IMG/VR virus record: IMGVR_UViG_3300001528_000230
Span: 2,918 to 66,917 of that record
Direction: 5' to 3' (one strand)
DNA: 64,000 nucleotides
Source: a virus
Taxonomy: Duplodnaviria; Caudoviricetes
Shown here piece by piece: positions 8,765 through 18,440 of the stretch; positions within the stretch are counted from its first letter, which is position 1, and every line of letters begins with the position of its first letter. The translations under genes and the position numbers were made by a program. The notes beneath the pieces are model-generated. The model saw only the letters and a program-made list of their open reading frames with translations, ran no database searches and was not told the DNA's origin.

Positions 8765-9439
8765 CTAAGCAGTAGTCGTAGTTGTAGTAGTAGAGTAAAG
8801 TTTAGCTAATATTTGTTGTACACCAGCACCTATTACCCCTAGGTTACTATTAACTGAGTTGAAACCACAAGAGTTTTCCTTCATGATTTCACGAATACGT
8901 AGTTGTTCTACTTGGTCAGCTAAATAGAAGTTAGTCATTTGTGGTACAATCTGTGCGATTTTAGCATCGGTATCACTAGCTGTCTTTTCTATTAAGCCTT
9001 GGGTTCTGCAACAACATAAATCAGCTTTGGCTGAAGCCTCAAGGATAGCCTTTTGGGTTGCATTTTCTTGCATTGCACCCTCATAGCCTAGGTTACAGAT
9101 AGCTGAAGCCAAGGTTGTATTATCCTTGTAAAGTTGACTTAATACGTTGAACTCAGTTTGTTGAGTAGCACTAAGTTGGGCATATTGTGCATCTTTAGTA
9201 GCAACAAGATTAGATACATCGGCTGTGTTATAACAATCATTGGCTATAGCTGTAGCTACACCCATTGGTGGATAAGGATAATTGTTAAACCCTCTGTTGC
9301 CGTATAATCCACCACCGAAAGCCCATCCAACTAAACCACCAAGGATAGCACCACCGATAAATCCCTCTCCATCAAACATACCATTACCTCCATCGTTTGA
9401 ACTTTCGCTGACATCATAGTGTTTACTAAATTCTGCCAT
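8765..9439 (-). CDS. Gly-rich hydrophobic N-terminus plus CCC/coiled-coil protein of unknown function
   Basis: GFIGGAILGGLVGWAFGGG segment, ADLCCCRT, coiled-coil QVEQLRIREIMKENS, poly-Thr tail; GGAGG RBS. Confidence 0.8.
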   Translation of the reverse strand: MAEFSKHYDVSESSNDGGNGMFDGEGFIGGAILGGLVGWAFGGGLYGNRGFNNYPYPPMGVATAIANDCYNTADVSNLVATKDAQYAQLSATQQTEFNVLSQLYKDNTTLASAICNLGYEGAMQENATQKAILEASAKADLCCCRTQGLIEKTASDTDAKIAQIVPQMTNFYLADQVEQLRIREIMKENSCGFNSVNSNLGVIGAGVQQILAKLYSTTTTTTTA

Positions 9440-9440
9440 T

Positions 9441-9580
9441 TTACCTCCATTGTGTTGTAACCACGAGGGTTACATAAGTTGCTATAGTCGACATAAACAA
9501 CATTGTGAACGCTAGGTTTTACACTCGTAGTAAAACCATTATGTTTTTACCTTATAGATAAAAACAAACCTCTTTTATAC
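9441..9580 (-). ncRNA. Candidate structured 5' leader RNA with complementary hairpin loops
   Basis: Stems GGTTTTAC/GTAAAACC (9515-9537, RNA loop UACGAGU) and TGTAACC/GGTTACA (9456-9474, RNA loop CUCGU); the loops can pair over 5 bp. Confidence 0.5.
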
Positions 9581-9613
9581 TTTTATTATAGTCAATGGAT
9601 TAAGAAAAGTAAA

Positions 9614-10117
9614 CTATAAAAGATTATTTTTTTTGTAATAACCCCATTTTTTACCGTATTTGTCTTTACCAAAGAGTTTTTGGTAGTTATCAACGGTATG
9701 AAACATGGTTGAAACCTTTAAGGTATTCATCTTGGTTGATTTACACAAAGAACATAATAACTTTGTGGATAAATACCTATCATCTCTACAAACCACGTGG
9801 TTTTCACAGCAGAAGTCGTGCACCATACTGGCTAACCTAACTTTAGGGTCGTCAGGGTTAGCGATTAAGACCCAAGCAAAACTAGGGATATTAGCCCCAT
9901 TCCAGCGATACCCCTGTGGTATAGTAATGAAAGTGGTATCATTTTTGTATTGAACCTTAATTTTAAGCTCTTCGTCTAAAATATAAGGCTTATTATCTAT
10001 ATCTTTTATATCATCAGTAGTAGACTCAGGAGTATATTCAAGTGTACTATGATGAGGTATACAGTTAAAAGATATAGCTATGTCTGGGTCGTGATACCAT
10101 AATATCCAATTATCCAT
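9614..10117 (-). CDS. DUF1353-family protein
   Basis: IPQGYRWNGANIP...W...ASMVHDFCC motif typical of DUF1353. Confidence 0.8.
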   Translation of the reverse strand: MDNWILWYHDPDIAISFNCIPHHSTLEYTPESTTDDIKDIDNKPYILDEELKIKVQYKNDTTFITIPQGYRWNGANIPSFAWVLIANPDDPKVRLASMVHDFCCENHVVCRDDRYLSTKLLCSLCKSTKMNTLKVSTMFHTVDNYQKLFGKDKYGKKWGYYKKNNLL

Positions 10118-10184
10118 GAAGATTTATCCTTTCGGGCTTAATCCATAGGTTGTTCACCACCAGCACCACCACCAGAGGAGCCAC

Positions 10185-12488
10185 CTACCCCCCCAGTTTA
10201 GTAACTCCATAGTATAAATCACTAGCAGTAATACTGTCTGGGTTGCCAAATATACCAATTTTAATCTCGTATCTACCAGCACTTGCTATACTTGGGGTTA
10301 TATCATTGATATAATTTGTAACAGTAGCACCGTTGCAATCTATAGTTAGGGTCAAGTTATTTGTTGTTACATTGGCTTGTACTATAGCTGTAGCAGGATA
10401 TGTATAGCATTTTGGGTTATACGGAGATATTTTTATAGTAAGGTTGCTTGAAACATTGGTTAAACATGTTGTTCTACCAAAATCAGGGTAATAAAGTATA
10501 CTTGTAGCACTTGTAATGGTTAGTATATCTTGTGCAGGTACCTGTAATACCCAATTAGACCACTTAGCTCCCTCTACATCTCCATCACCAGAGGAGCTAC
10601 CAGTACCCCAATATTGGTAAGATGGGTTTGAATATACCCTAGTGTAAGTTGTACCAGAAGCAAAGGTTAACTCTTGCATTAACATAGAGAAGTTTTCCCA
10701 ATACAGGTCTTCGCCATAGCCCACTTTTTTAACAGTTAAACCAAAGGCTTTAGAATAAGTGCCTACATTTGATGGTTTATTAGTACAGGTATTATCCTCT
10801 TGAGCAAAATAGGTTTTACCTTCTGTTTTTAAAGTGTCTAGGTCTTCATTGGTAAGCTCTATTGGTTCGTTACTATCACTACTACTACTAGCTTTGCTAG
10901 ATATTATCCCATCGGATATAGTGATTGTACTACCATCTACTTTTACGCCACCTAAAGTAGTTGTAGAAGCTGTAGGAAGGGTATATGCTGATGGTATATC
11001 AGATATTTTAGCTATTTTAGTCCAAGACCCCCAAGTTAACTGTAGACTATAAAAATCTATGGATAAAGTACGAGTGTATATACTTCCACCCAATATTGTA
11101 CAAACCTGAGTATATGTTTGGTTGTAACCACTTCTACCCGTTGGGTCTGCACCTGTTGAGTAAACCTGTAAGAAAAACCCATATTGTGCATCAGATGTAG
11201 GTGTATTAGTACAAGTGTTTTCTAGTGCATAATAGGTTTTACCATTGGTTTTAAATGTGTCTAAATCCTCGTTAGTTAACAAAGTGGGTTCTATATCAGT
11301 AGATTTAATAAAGCCAGAATCATTGGTTAACTGAGAGGTAGTAATCGGAATTTCGTCTACATCAGCTTTATCAACCAATAGGTTATTTACTTCTGTTTTA
11401 GTATACGCATCAGGTATATCCTCTTTAGTAGCTAAATCATAGTTACTAAACAATGTAGCTAAATCTGTTTTAGGGAAATAATCAGTGATAGCTGTACCCT
11501 CACTGTTTAACATTATTTTACCTATACTACGCATATAAGTAAACCCTGTTGGTAGATTATTACCTATAAACACATCAGCTGTACCATCTTCTTTTTCAGC
11601 TATGTTTATACTATGGGTTGTAACTACTGGACTTTTGATAGTAGCTTCGTGAATATAATAACTATAATTAGTAGCACTTGTGACTTTAAATTTAATCGCT
11701 TTAAAAGGTCGGTTAATATTAACTAGTTCATCATTAATGATTACTAAACCAGTTGTTGCAGAAGTACCTGATGGTAATAAGGCAAAATCTGACTTAGTTA
11801 ATACAACTTCTTCAGAGTTGTCAGTATATACTACGATTACAGCTATACTACCTGTGCCAGTATATCTATCATTAGCCGTAAGGTATATCTGGTATTGCCC
11901 AGCAGGGAGTTCACTGTCAAAGGTATAACCTACATATTCATCTACACTTACACTATATGAGTTATCACCCCAAGAAGGTTCATCACTAACTTTATCAAAA
12001 ACTCTGTATGTCCAAATACCTAGATTACTAGCTATTACATTATCAGTATTCTCAGTCAACTTAGGTATTAAATCACCACTTATACTACTAAGTGCACCAC
12101 CGTTATTACCCTCACTGAATATAGAAATAGTTTTAGTCAAGGTATCATCTAAGTTTAATACCCTTGCGTTAGTAGCATCAACACAGTACCCTGCTGATAC
12201 ACTAAAAGAGGTATCAGAAACCTTAGATATTGATAACCCTGTAGCTGTATTAGGTGTTGCTGTTACAGTTTCAGGTAACATAGCTGAGTCTACTTTACCA
12301 TTGCTATTTAACTTTAAAAGTGTATCAGCTTGGTTAAAAGTATTACCCTGTGTTGTAATATTCTTGGTTTCAAGTGCACTATCTAGTGAATCCACGGATA
12401 AATAATTTGTATCTATCCTTTTACCTTTACCATCACGGATTGCACCACCTGCTATTATACTGTCTTGATATATTTTATCTACTGCCAT
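10185..12488 (-). CDS. Tail fibre / receptor-binding-like protein with two knob-like repeats
   Basis: Two copies of LTNEDLDT.KT.GKTY.A..NTCTN.P...WS.W; TTLGGVKVDGSTITISDG fibre shaft motif; N-terminus paralogous to 24387-25208. Confidence 0.7.
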   Translation of the reverse strand: MAVDKIYQDSIIAGGAIRDGKGKRIDTNYLSVDSLDSALETKNITTQGNTFNQADTLLKLNSNGKVDSAMLPETVTATPNTATGLSISKVSDTSFSVSAGYCVDATNARVLNLDDTLTKTISIFSEGNNGGALSSISGDLIPKLTENTDNVIASNLGIWTYRVFDKVSDEPSWGDNSYSVSVDEYVGYTFDSELPAGQYQIYLTANDRYTGTGSIAVIVVYTDNSEEVVLTKSDFALLPSGTSATTGLVIINDELVNINRPFKAIKFKVTSATNYSYYIHEATIKSPVVTTHSINIAEKEDGTADVFIGNNLPTGFTYMRSIGKIMLNSEGTAITDYFPKTDLATLFSNYDLATKEDIPDAYTKTEVNNLLVDKADVDEIPITTSQLTNDSGFIKSTDIEPTLLTNEDLDTFKTNGKTYYALENTCTNTPTSDAQYGFFLQVYSTGADPTGRSGYNQTYTQVCTILGGSIYTRTLSIDFYSLQLTWGSWTKIAKISDIPSAYTLPTASTTTLGGVKVDGSTITISDGIISSKASSSSDSNEPIELTNEDLDTLKTEGKTYFAQEDNTCTNKPSNVGTYSKAFGLTVKKVGYGEDLYWENFSMLMQELTFASGTTYTRVYSNPSYQYWGTGSSSGDGDVEGAKWSNWVLQVPAQDILTITSATSILYYPDFGRTTCLTNVSSNLTIKISPYNPKCYTYPATAIVQANVTTNNLTLTIDCNGATVTNYINDITPSIASAGRYEIKIGIFGNPDSITASDLYYGVTKLGG

Positions 12489-12554
12489 TTATTTATATCC
12501 TATTCTGGGGTTTAAAAGTTTGTATATACTACTATTATAGAGTTTAAATAAGTC

Positions 12555-14468
12555 TTATTCATCCCAAGTATCTACAGACATTGATACACCACTTTGTTTA
12601 GCTGAGATTACACCATCATCGTTTATCTCAATGGTTGTACCATCTACTTTAACCTCACCTAGTGTATCTTGAGTTGCAACTTGTGGTTTACTTGTAAACT
12701 CTACCCAATTAAAGTCACTACCTGTTTTATATCCTCGGGTATATCCATCAGATGTTCTTTGAGATACTACTAATTGCTTGTCTGTTGCATCAAAGTTAAC
12801 AAAGGTATCATTCATGTCGTTAAGAGTGGATTGTACCCCCGTTAAATCAATAGGTTTATCTGCTGTACCAGTTAAATTACCACCAGTTCTAACATAACGC
12901 ATCCCATAGGTTGCAACTGCTGTACCATCCTCATTTAGTGTGCCCTCTGGGGTTTTAACATAGGATAGAGAGTCACCTAAGTCACAAAAATAAGTGTTGG
13001 CTCCGATGGTGTTATGAGTGCAATATCTACCTGCTGTTACACACATCATTCTTTTACATGTATTGTTAGCGAAATTATACTTTAAATTACACCCTGTAGT
13101 ATATAAAAAAGAATTATTTTGCGCATATCCTTCAATAGTATTACTCTGGAAGTGATGACCTATTGTATTGCCAGAGAAAGCATACCCAATAGTATTACCT
13201 GTAACGGCGAAACTACCTTTGAAGGTATTTTTCTGAAAGTATCTACCTATAAGGTTAGCAAAAAAGTAGTAGTAGTTAGTGCCAGTAAGTTCAATAACAT
13301 TATTTATAAAGTTCCCATAAATAATGTTATAATACATGTGGTTAAGAGTATTGCCATAGGTATACCCCTGAAAGGTATTATAAGCGTTTTCATCGCCCAT
13401 GACGTTATCACGAAACGCTAATCCAAAATTATTACCTCTTATTTGTGAACCAAAGGTATTATTATAACAGTCTTTACCAAGGGTGTTACTACTATAATTA
13501 CGACTATTGCCCTGAATTGTGATATTATTATTCAATTTTTGAATATTGCTAGCCGTATAACTACCCATAGTGTTATTACCAGTATAATCTCCAGTCAACA
13601 AAGACATATCACCATATTTACTTGTGTCTGTACCTTGAGTAGTAGTAAATGTATAATAATACCCATCTTCTATTTTCATTTGGTCAGCAATACAGGAATA
13701 CTTATCTAGGGTTTTATCACGGTAGAACTGTATGTTTTTAAAATCGTATGGTAGGTCATTCTGACGTTCATCTATCATACGGTATATAACCCCTTTACCT
13801 GTACCATCAGTTACAGCCCACTCGTATTTAGTAGTATCATTGTTGATATCATACCAGATTTGCCAAGCACCTACGTTTTGTTTAGCAAAATAAGTATCAC
13901 CCTCATGTAGTGAAGCACTTGCGATTTCAGATAAAGTAGAACCACTGGTAGCTCTTACAATTATATCAAATTGGTGCCCTGCTGAGCGTGAAGGCTCAGT
14001 ACTAGTATTAGCACTTTTACCATTTGTGGTTGTAACATAGTCAGTAATCTTATAATATGTACCCTCAACAAGTTCACCTGCTTCTTTTAAAGCGACTAGG
14101 TTTGAATAAGTGGTTGATACATATTGTAAGAAGCCTTTAACTAAGGCATTTAATTCCTCTTTGGTATAATAATCGGTTAAATCCTGTGATACTTTATACC
14201 AAGTGCCGTCTTTGTAAAACCATAAGGTTTGTGTCTCCAAAACAAAGTAAAACTTGTTGAGTGGAGCAAAAAGTATAGAAGTGCGTTCAGCCTCTTTTTG
14301 TAAAACAAGAATGTCTTTGACTTCGCTCCTTTTGGAGTCGAAGTCAAAAAACAATTCTTTAGTATCTTCAACAAAATAGACACAACCGTTAGAAACCTCG
14401 GTTGTACTCAACAAGGATTTGTTGGTTTTAACTAATTCAACTCTAACATCTGTGTCTGTTTTAGCCAT
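12555..14468 (-). CDS. Tail fibre-like protein with Asn/Gly beta-helix repeats
   Basis: NxFGxxxxxN repeats; TLGEVKVDGTTIEINDDG shaft motif; N-terminal VYFVEDTKELF module shared with 14481-15554. Confidence 0.7.
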   Translation of the reverse strand: MAKTDTDVRVELVKTNKSLLSTTEVSNGCVYFVEDTKELFFDFDSKRSEVKDILVLQKEAERTSILFAPLNKFYFVLETQTLWFYKDGTWYKVSQDLTDYYTKEELNALVKGFLQYVSTTYSNLVALKEAGELVEGTYYKITDYVTTTNGKSANTSTEPSRSAGHQFDIIVRATSGSTLSEIASASLHEGDTYFAKQNVGAWQIWYDINNDTTKYEWAVTDGTGKGVIYRMIDERQNDLPYDFKNIQFYRDKTLDKYSCIADQMKIEDGYYYTFTTTQGTDTSKYGDMSLLTGDYTGNNTMGSYTASNIQKLNNNITIQGNSRNYSSNTLGKDCYNNTFGSQIRGNNFGLAFRDNVMGDENAYNTFQGYTYGNTLNHMYYNIIYGNFINNVIELTGTNYYYFFANLIGRYFQKNTFKGSFAVTGNTIGYAFSGNTIGHHFQSNTIEGYAQNNSFLYTTGCNLKYNFANNTCKRMMCVTAGRYCTHNTIGANTYFCDLGDSLSYVKTPEGTLNEDGTAVATYGMRYVRTGGNLTGTADKPIDLTGVQSTLNDMNDTFVNFDATDKQLVVSQRTSDGYTRGYKTGSDFNWVEFTSKPQVATQDTLGEVKVDGTTIEINDDGVISAKQSGVSMSVDTWDE

Positions 14469-14480
14469 TGATTATACCCC

Positions 14481-15554
14481 TTAAGCCATAGCCTTCCAAG
14501 TTGTAAACGCATCAACTTCAGCTTTTGTATAAGCATCAGCGATACCATAACCAGCTAATGTAGTAGCTTTATCAGCCTTTTTGTTAAGCTCTACGTTTAC
14601 TTCTGCTTTAGTATAGTAATCGCTTAAATCTGTATCTGGTACAAACAAACCATCGTCTTTAGCTTCAAGTTTATTACCTTCTTCATCTGAAATGTTAACT
14701 GTAGCAGTTAAAGCACCTTCATCTGAAACAGCTAGGTTAGCAGTTGCTGTATTAGTTACTGATTTAACCAAAGCTTCTGGAACGAATAAACCATCAGCTG
14801 ATAAAACCAATGCGTTTTTAGCTGTAGCTGATTTCTTAACATTAGCTGTGATTTTATTGCCAGTCATAGCAAGTTCTACAGTAGCTGTGCTTTCAACTGT
14901 ATACTCATCAATCAACTCAGCTAGGTCTACATCTACGGTAGTACCATCAACCAAAGTCATAGTCAATGTGTGGGTATCAGCATCGTATTTAGCTGAAGCC
15001 AAGAAGTTTTCCTTAGGTGTATTAACAACAATAGACTCACCATTAGCTACTGTAAAAGTAAAGTTGCCAGTGTCTGAATCGTAAGATGCACCTGTAACCA
15101 AGTTTTTAAGCTCTAGTTCAGAAGTTGTGTTATTACCATAAGTTACAGTAAACTTTTGAGCTGTTTCGTTGTACTCAACATTTTTGACAGCGTTGTTGTT
15201 TAAACCTGTTACATAGTCTCTAATAGCCTTAGCTGTAACCAAGTTAGTATCAACAGTAGCTTCAGTTAAAGTTTCAGCGATAGGTGGTACAATAGTGTTC
15301 CATTTAGTACCATCGTAAACTTTAGTTTCGTGGGTAGAACCGTTTACATAGATAATACCTTGAGATGGTGCATCAGGAAAAACTGTAACAAATTGTACTT
15401 GACCTGTGTATAAATCTTCACCAACGTATAACTGTTTTGTATCTGTAATGAAGTATAAATCATTAGCAGAGATAGTACCTGCTGTTTTTAAAGCCTGGTA
15501 TTGAGCTTCAGTACCAAACAGGAAGTGGTAGTGTTCACCAACTGTAATTGCCAT
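14481..15554 (-). CDS. Virion fibre/adhesin-like structural protein
   Basis: LYFITDTKQLY module, repeated YD..T..LT.T beta segments, TTLAGYGIADAYTK fibre motif. Confidence 0.65.
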   Translation of the reverse strand: MAITVGEHYHFLFGTEAQYQALKTAGTISANDLYFITDTKQLYVGEDLYTGQVQFVTVFPDAPSQGIIYVNGSTHETKVYDGTKWNTIVPPIAETLTEATVDTNLVTAKAIRDYVTGLNNNAVKNVEYNETAQKFTVTYGNNTTSELELKNLVTGASYDSDTGNFTFTVANGESIVVNTPKENFLASAKYDADTHTLTMTLVDGTTVDVDLAELIDEYTVESTATVELAMTGNKITANVKKSATAKNALVLSADGLFVPEALVKSVTNTATANLAVSDEGALTATVNISDEEGNKLEAKDDGLFVPDTDLSDYYTKAEVNVELNKKADKATTLAGYGIADAYTKAEVDAFTTWKAMA

Positions 15555-15583
15555 TCTGTGTTACTCCTTAAATTAAAATGTTA

Positions 15584-15925
15584 TTAACCATTGAGAATAT
15601 CACCCATACTTATCCAACTTGGCTGATTCTCGTTAATTTTACTGTCTACTTCGTTTTTATTATAATAATTGGATAAATCACCTGCTGTTCCACCTGTAAA
15701 TTCTACCCAATTAGGTCTACTATATATGTATACTTTGTTGTTTTCTACTACACTAACAGCCATACCGTTAGCTCTACGAGCCTCTGGGATATTATCTCTG
15801 TCAGCTATAGTAGCTACTTCATGCCACCCACCTTTACCATATTCTGAATAATGAGTGGGGTATGTATCTTCTGTGGTAAAAGGGGTTATACCAGCCGATA
15901 GGTTAGTACCTTGGATATCTGCCAT
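15584..15925 (-). CDS. Small fibre-associated structural protein
   Basis: GKGGWHEVATIADRDNIPEARRANGMAVSV module recalled from phage fibre proteins; DLSNYYNKNEVD repeat. Confidence 0.6.
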   Translation of the reverse strand: MADIQGTNLSAGITPFTTEDTYPTHYSEYGKGGWHEVATIADRDNIPEARRANGMAVSVVENNKVYIYSRPNWVEFTGGTAGDLSNYYNKNEVDSKINENQPSWISMGDILNG

Positions 15926-16867
15926 CTATAGTACCTCCACCATTATACTTGACCCAGTTTGTATATTAGTAGGTCTATAAATATTATAGCTTGCAGTATG
16001 ACCACTAGCATTTACCACATCTCGGGTTATTACTTCCATAGCACTAAATGCTAAACCACCTACTTTAAACGCTATGTTGTCACAATATTGAGTAGGTATT
16101 ACAAAATAGAAATATTTACCACCAGAACAGTTAAAAGTTCTAGTTTGTATCTTACCTGTTGAAAACTCTTGACTTATTCCCAAAATGTCTGCATCTGTTA
16201 AAGTAGCATTCTCAGATACACCCCAATAGCGTTTTTGAGAGAAGGTAATAGTCGTGGACTTTGAAGCCGTATTAGTACCATCTGAAACAGTCAACGTATA
16301 TGTTTTATTAGCTGTTATACCTGCATCAGTAATACTATAATTTCTTAAATCTTTATCTATTGTACCGATACCTTGGTTTAAAGATTGAGATACAACTTGT
16401 TTATTTAATACCCATTTTAGGTTTACTGTATCAATAGTTGAACCCAATTCGTATGTACCACCACCTGTAAAAGTAGTAATACTAGGTTTAACATATAAAA
16501 GTGAGTCCAGTGCTTCTTGTACAGAGGTAAACCCATTATTGTTATATTCTACGTTACTAGCTTGTACCTCAATAGTTTCAGAAAGTTTATCCCATTCGGT
16601 GCCAGTCCAAGAGTAATTAGCCCCTGTGTCAGCTACATTATAGGTATCACCTATTTGTGCATCACTAGGTAAATCAGACACAGTGTCTACCGTGCCTTTA
16701 TATTTATAAACAGTTGACAACCCAAGTTGAGCTAAAGTGATATTACCTTGAACGGTAACACCCTCAATGCTAGGAAGATTGGTTAAATCATTGTAGTTGG
16801 TAGTACCACCAGTGCCGTTATTACCATTAGGAATAGCCCCACCAGCGTAAAAGACCTTCCCTGTCAC
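15926..16867 (-). CDS. Virion structural protein with Ig-like C-terminal domains
   Basis: GTG start; N-terminus GKVFYAGGAIP shared with 20611-21684; YKYKGTVDTVSDLP, KPSITTFT and YFYFVIP modules. Confidence 0.65.
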   Translation of the reverse strand: MTGKVFYAGGAIPNGNNGTGGTTNYNDLTNLPSIEGVTVQGNITLAQLGLSTVYKYKGTVDTVSDLPSDAQIGDTYNVADTGANYSWTGTEWDKLSETIEVQASNVEYNNNGFTSVQEALDSLLYVKPSITTFTGGGTYELGSTIDTVNLKWVLNKQVVSQSLNQGIGTIDKDLRNYSITDAGITANKTYTLTVSDGTNTASKSTTITFSQKRYWGVSENATLTDADILGISQEFSTGKIQTRTFNCSGGKYFYFVIPTQYCDNIAFKVGGLAFSAMEVITRDVVNASGHTASYNIYRPTNIQTGSSIMVEVL

Positions 16868-16868
16868 C

Positions 16869-17150
16869 CTATTCTACCTCGCTGACTTCAATCTCACACT
16901 CATTGCGATATAGTGAATCTTGAGTTGTACATACCCAAAGTGTACCAGTTACTTTTTCATATATTAGCTGGTCTCCACTCCATAAGATACAACCTTTATC
17001 AGTAGGCTCATTTTCTGAAACTATATAATATAAACCGTTTCTACTTAAATTATTAATGGTATAAGTATTACCTACGGTTAACTCCATAGGTAGTAAATCG
17101 TCTAACTTTTTATACTCTGTGTTAGCAACCACTACATTAGCTATATGCAT
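16869..17150 (-). CDS. Hypothetical protein (93 aa)
   Basis: First gene after the promoter motif at 17210. Confidence 0.7.
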   Translation of the reverse strand: MHIANVVVANTEYKKLDDLLPMELTVGNTYTINNLSRNGLYYIVSENEPTDKGCILWSGDQLIYEKVTGTLWVCTTQDSLYRNECEIEVSEVE

Positions 17151-17248
17151 TTGTTGTTTACCTACTGTTTAAAATTCTGTACTATTCGTTGGAGAGCCAA
17201 CTTATACTACTATTATAGTAACACCCCTTGGTTTTAAAACAGAGTCAA

Positions 17249-17518
17249 TTATCTCTTTCTAAGCTGTTCGGCTAACAATCTATTGGCTTTACTGATTGTT
17301 TTTACAACAGTTTTGCCTATCTCTTCATAGGTTTTATCAGGGATATCTATACCATAACGTGATATAGCAAGTTTAATACCCTTTTCGATTAATATTATTT
17401 CTAGTTTGTCAATTTGGGTATTTTCATCTATCTTGTCTAGTACCCCTGCGAATACATCTTCTAGGTCTTCTCTAAAGTTATCAACTCTAGTAAACAATCT
17501 TTTGATAAATCCAAACAT
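17249..17518 (-). CDS. Hypothetical protein (89 aa)
   Basis: Adjacent to the holin-like gene; amphipathic helices. Confidence 0.65.
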   Translation of the reverse strand: MFGFIKRLFTRVDNFREDLEDVFAGVLDKIDENTQIDKLEIILIEKGIKLAISRYGIDIPDKTYEEIGKTVVKTISKANRLLAEQLRKR

Positions 17519-17519
17519 G

Positions 17520-17912
17520 TTAAGCCCTCCCCATAAACAAGTTGACTAATATATTAACTATATATCCTGCAATTCCACCTATAGTTGTAACAATCGTGAT
17601 TAACCAACCCCAGTTATTTTTAACTTTACCCACATCTTGTTCAAGATGGTATACACGATTTTCTAAAGCTTGGAAAGACTTTTCGTATTTATCAATGAAG
17701 TTTTCAACCTTTGCCATTAATATCTCAAGCTTTTCTTCACGCTCGATATGTTTCTCATCGTGTTCCTCAAGCTTTTTTAATCTATAGGAAAAATCATCGA
17801 GTTTAGAAAGAGATACGTCTACCTTACTATTGGTATCATAAATAGCATCTTTTACATCGTCCATTTTATTAAACAAACGGGATATATTCGCATCTCTTTG
17901 TGAATCTGGCAT
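17520..17912 (-). CDS. Coiled-coil plus single C-terminal TM protein (XhlA/holin-like)
   Basis: Start moved to ATG 17912 (AAGGAG RBS); long heptad region then WGWLITIVTTIGGIAGYIVNILVNLF. Confidence 0.55.
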   Translation of the reverse strand: MPDSQRDANISRLFNKMDDVKDAIYDTNSKVDVSLSKLDDFSYRLKKLEEHDEKHIEREEKLEILMAKVENFIDKYEKSFQALENRVYHLEQDVGKVKNNWGWLITIVTTIGGIAGYIVNILVNLFMGRA

Positions 17913-17925
17913 GGTATACTCCTTT

Positions 17926-18429
17926 TTAAACATTAAGTTTATAATCAATGTTTAAATTCTTTAAGGTTTCAATATTATCAGCCGTGTTTATAAGCTGTTT
18001 GTATGTTAGCCAGATAGGTCCTACATTTGATACTTGTACAAATTTGGCTAAAATTGTTATCACATCTTCTAGTTTTAAGTTAAGTTCAATCTCGTTTTCG
18101 GTTAAATACCCACCATAGATATAACCACTACTTGTAATAGCATAAGCTGTTAATAAATCAAGTTGAGTTTCTACATCAGTTTTAAACTCACAGATTTTAC
18201 CTTGTATAGTTAAAGTAAAGGTGTTATCATACCTATGCTTAACATACATGGCTTCGTTTTCATCTAGTTTACTAGCTCTTACATCTGCAAGGGTAGGTTC
18301 TTGAACTTCTTTATCCAAAGCGATTAAAGCTTCTGGGGTTTCCTGTATGGTTAAACCTTGGACTTGTTCGTACTCATGGATAAAATCAGTTCTTTGTTGT
18401 AATGTACATGGTTTATCTAATTTAAACAT
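17926..18429 (-). CDS. Tail fibre assembly/chaperone-like protein (DUF4376-like C-terminus)
   Basis: Start moved to ATG 18429 (GAAAGGGTG RBS); ends LKQLINTADNIETLKNLNIDY; directly follows a fibre gene. Confidence 0.55.
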   Translation of the reverse strand: MFKLDKPCTLQQRTDFIHEYEQVQGLTIQETPEALIALDKEVQEPTLADVRASKLDENEAMYVKHRYDNTFTLTIQGKICEFKTDVETQLDLLTAYAITSSGYIYGGYLTENEIELNLKLEDVITILAKFVQVSNVGPIWLTYKQLINTADNIETLKNLNIDYKLNV

Positions 18430-18440
18430 AATCACCCTTT

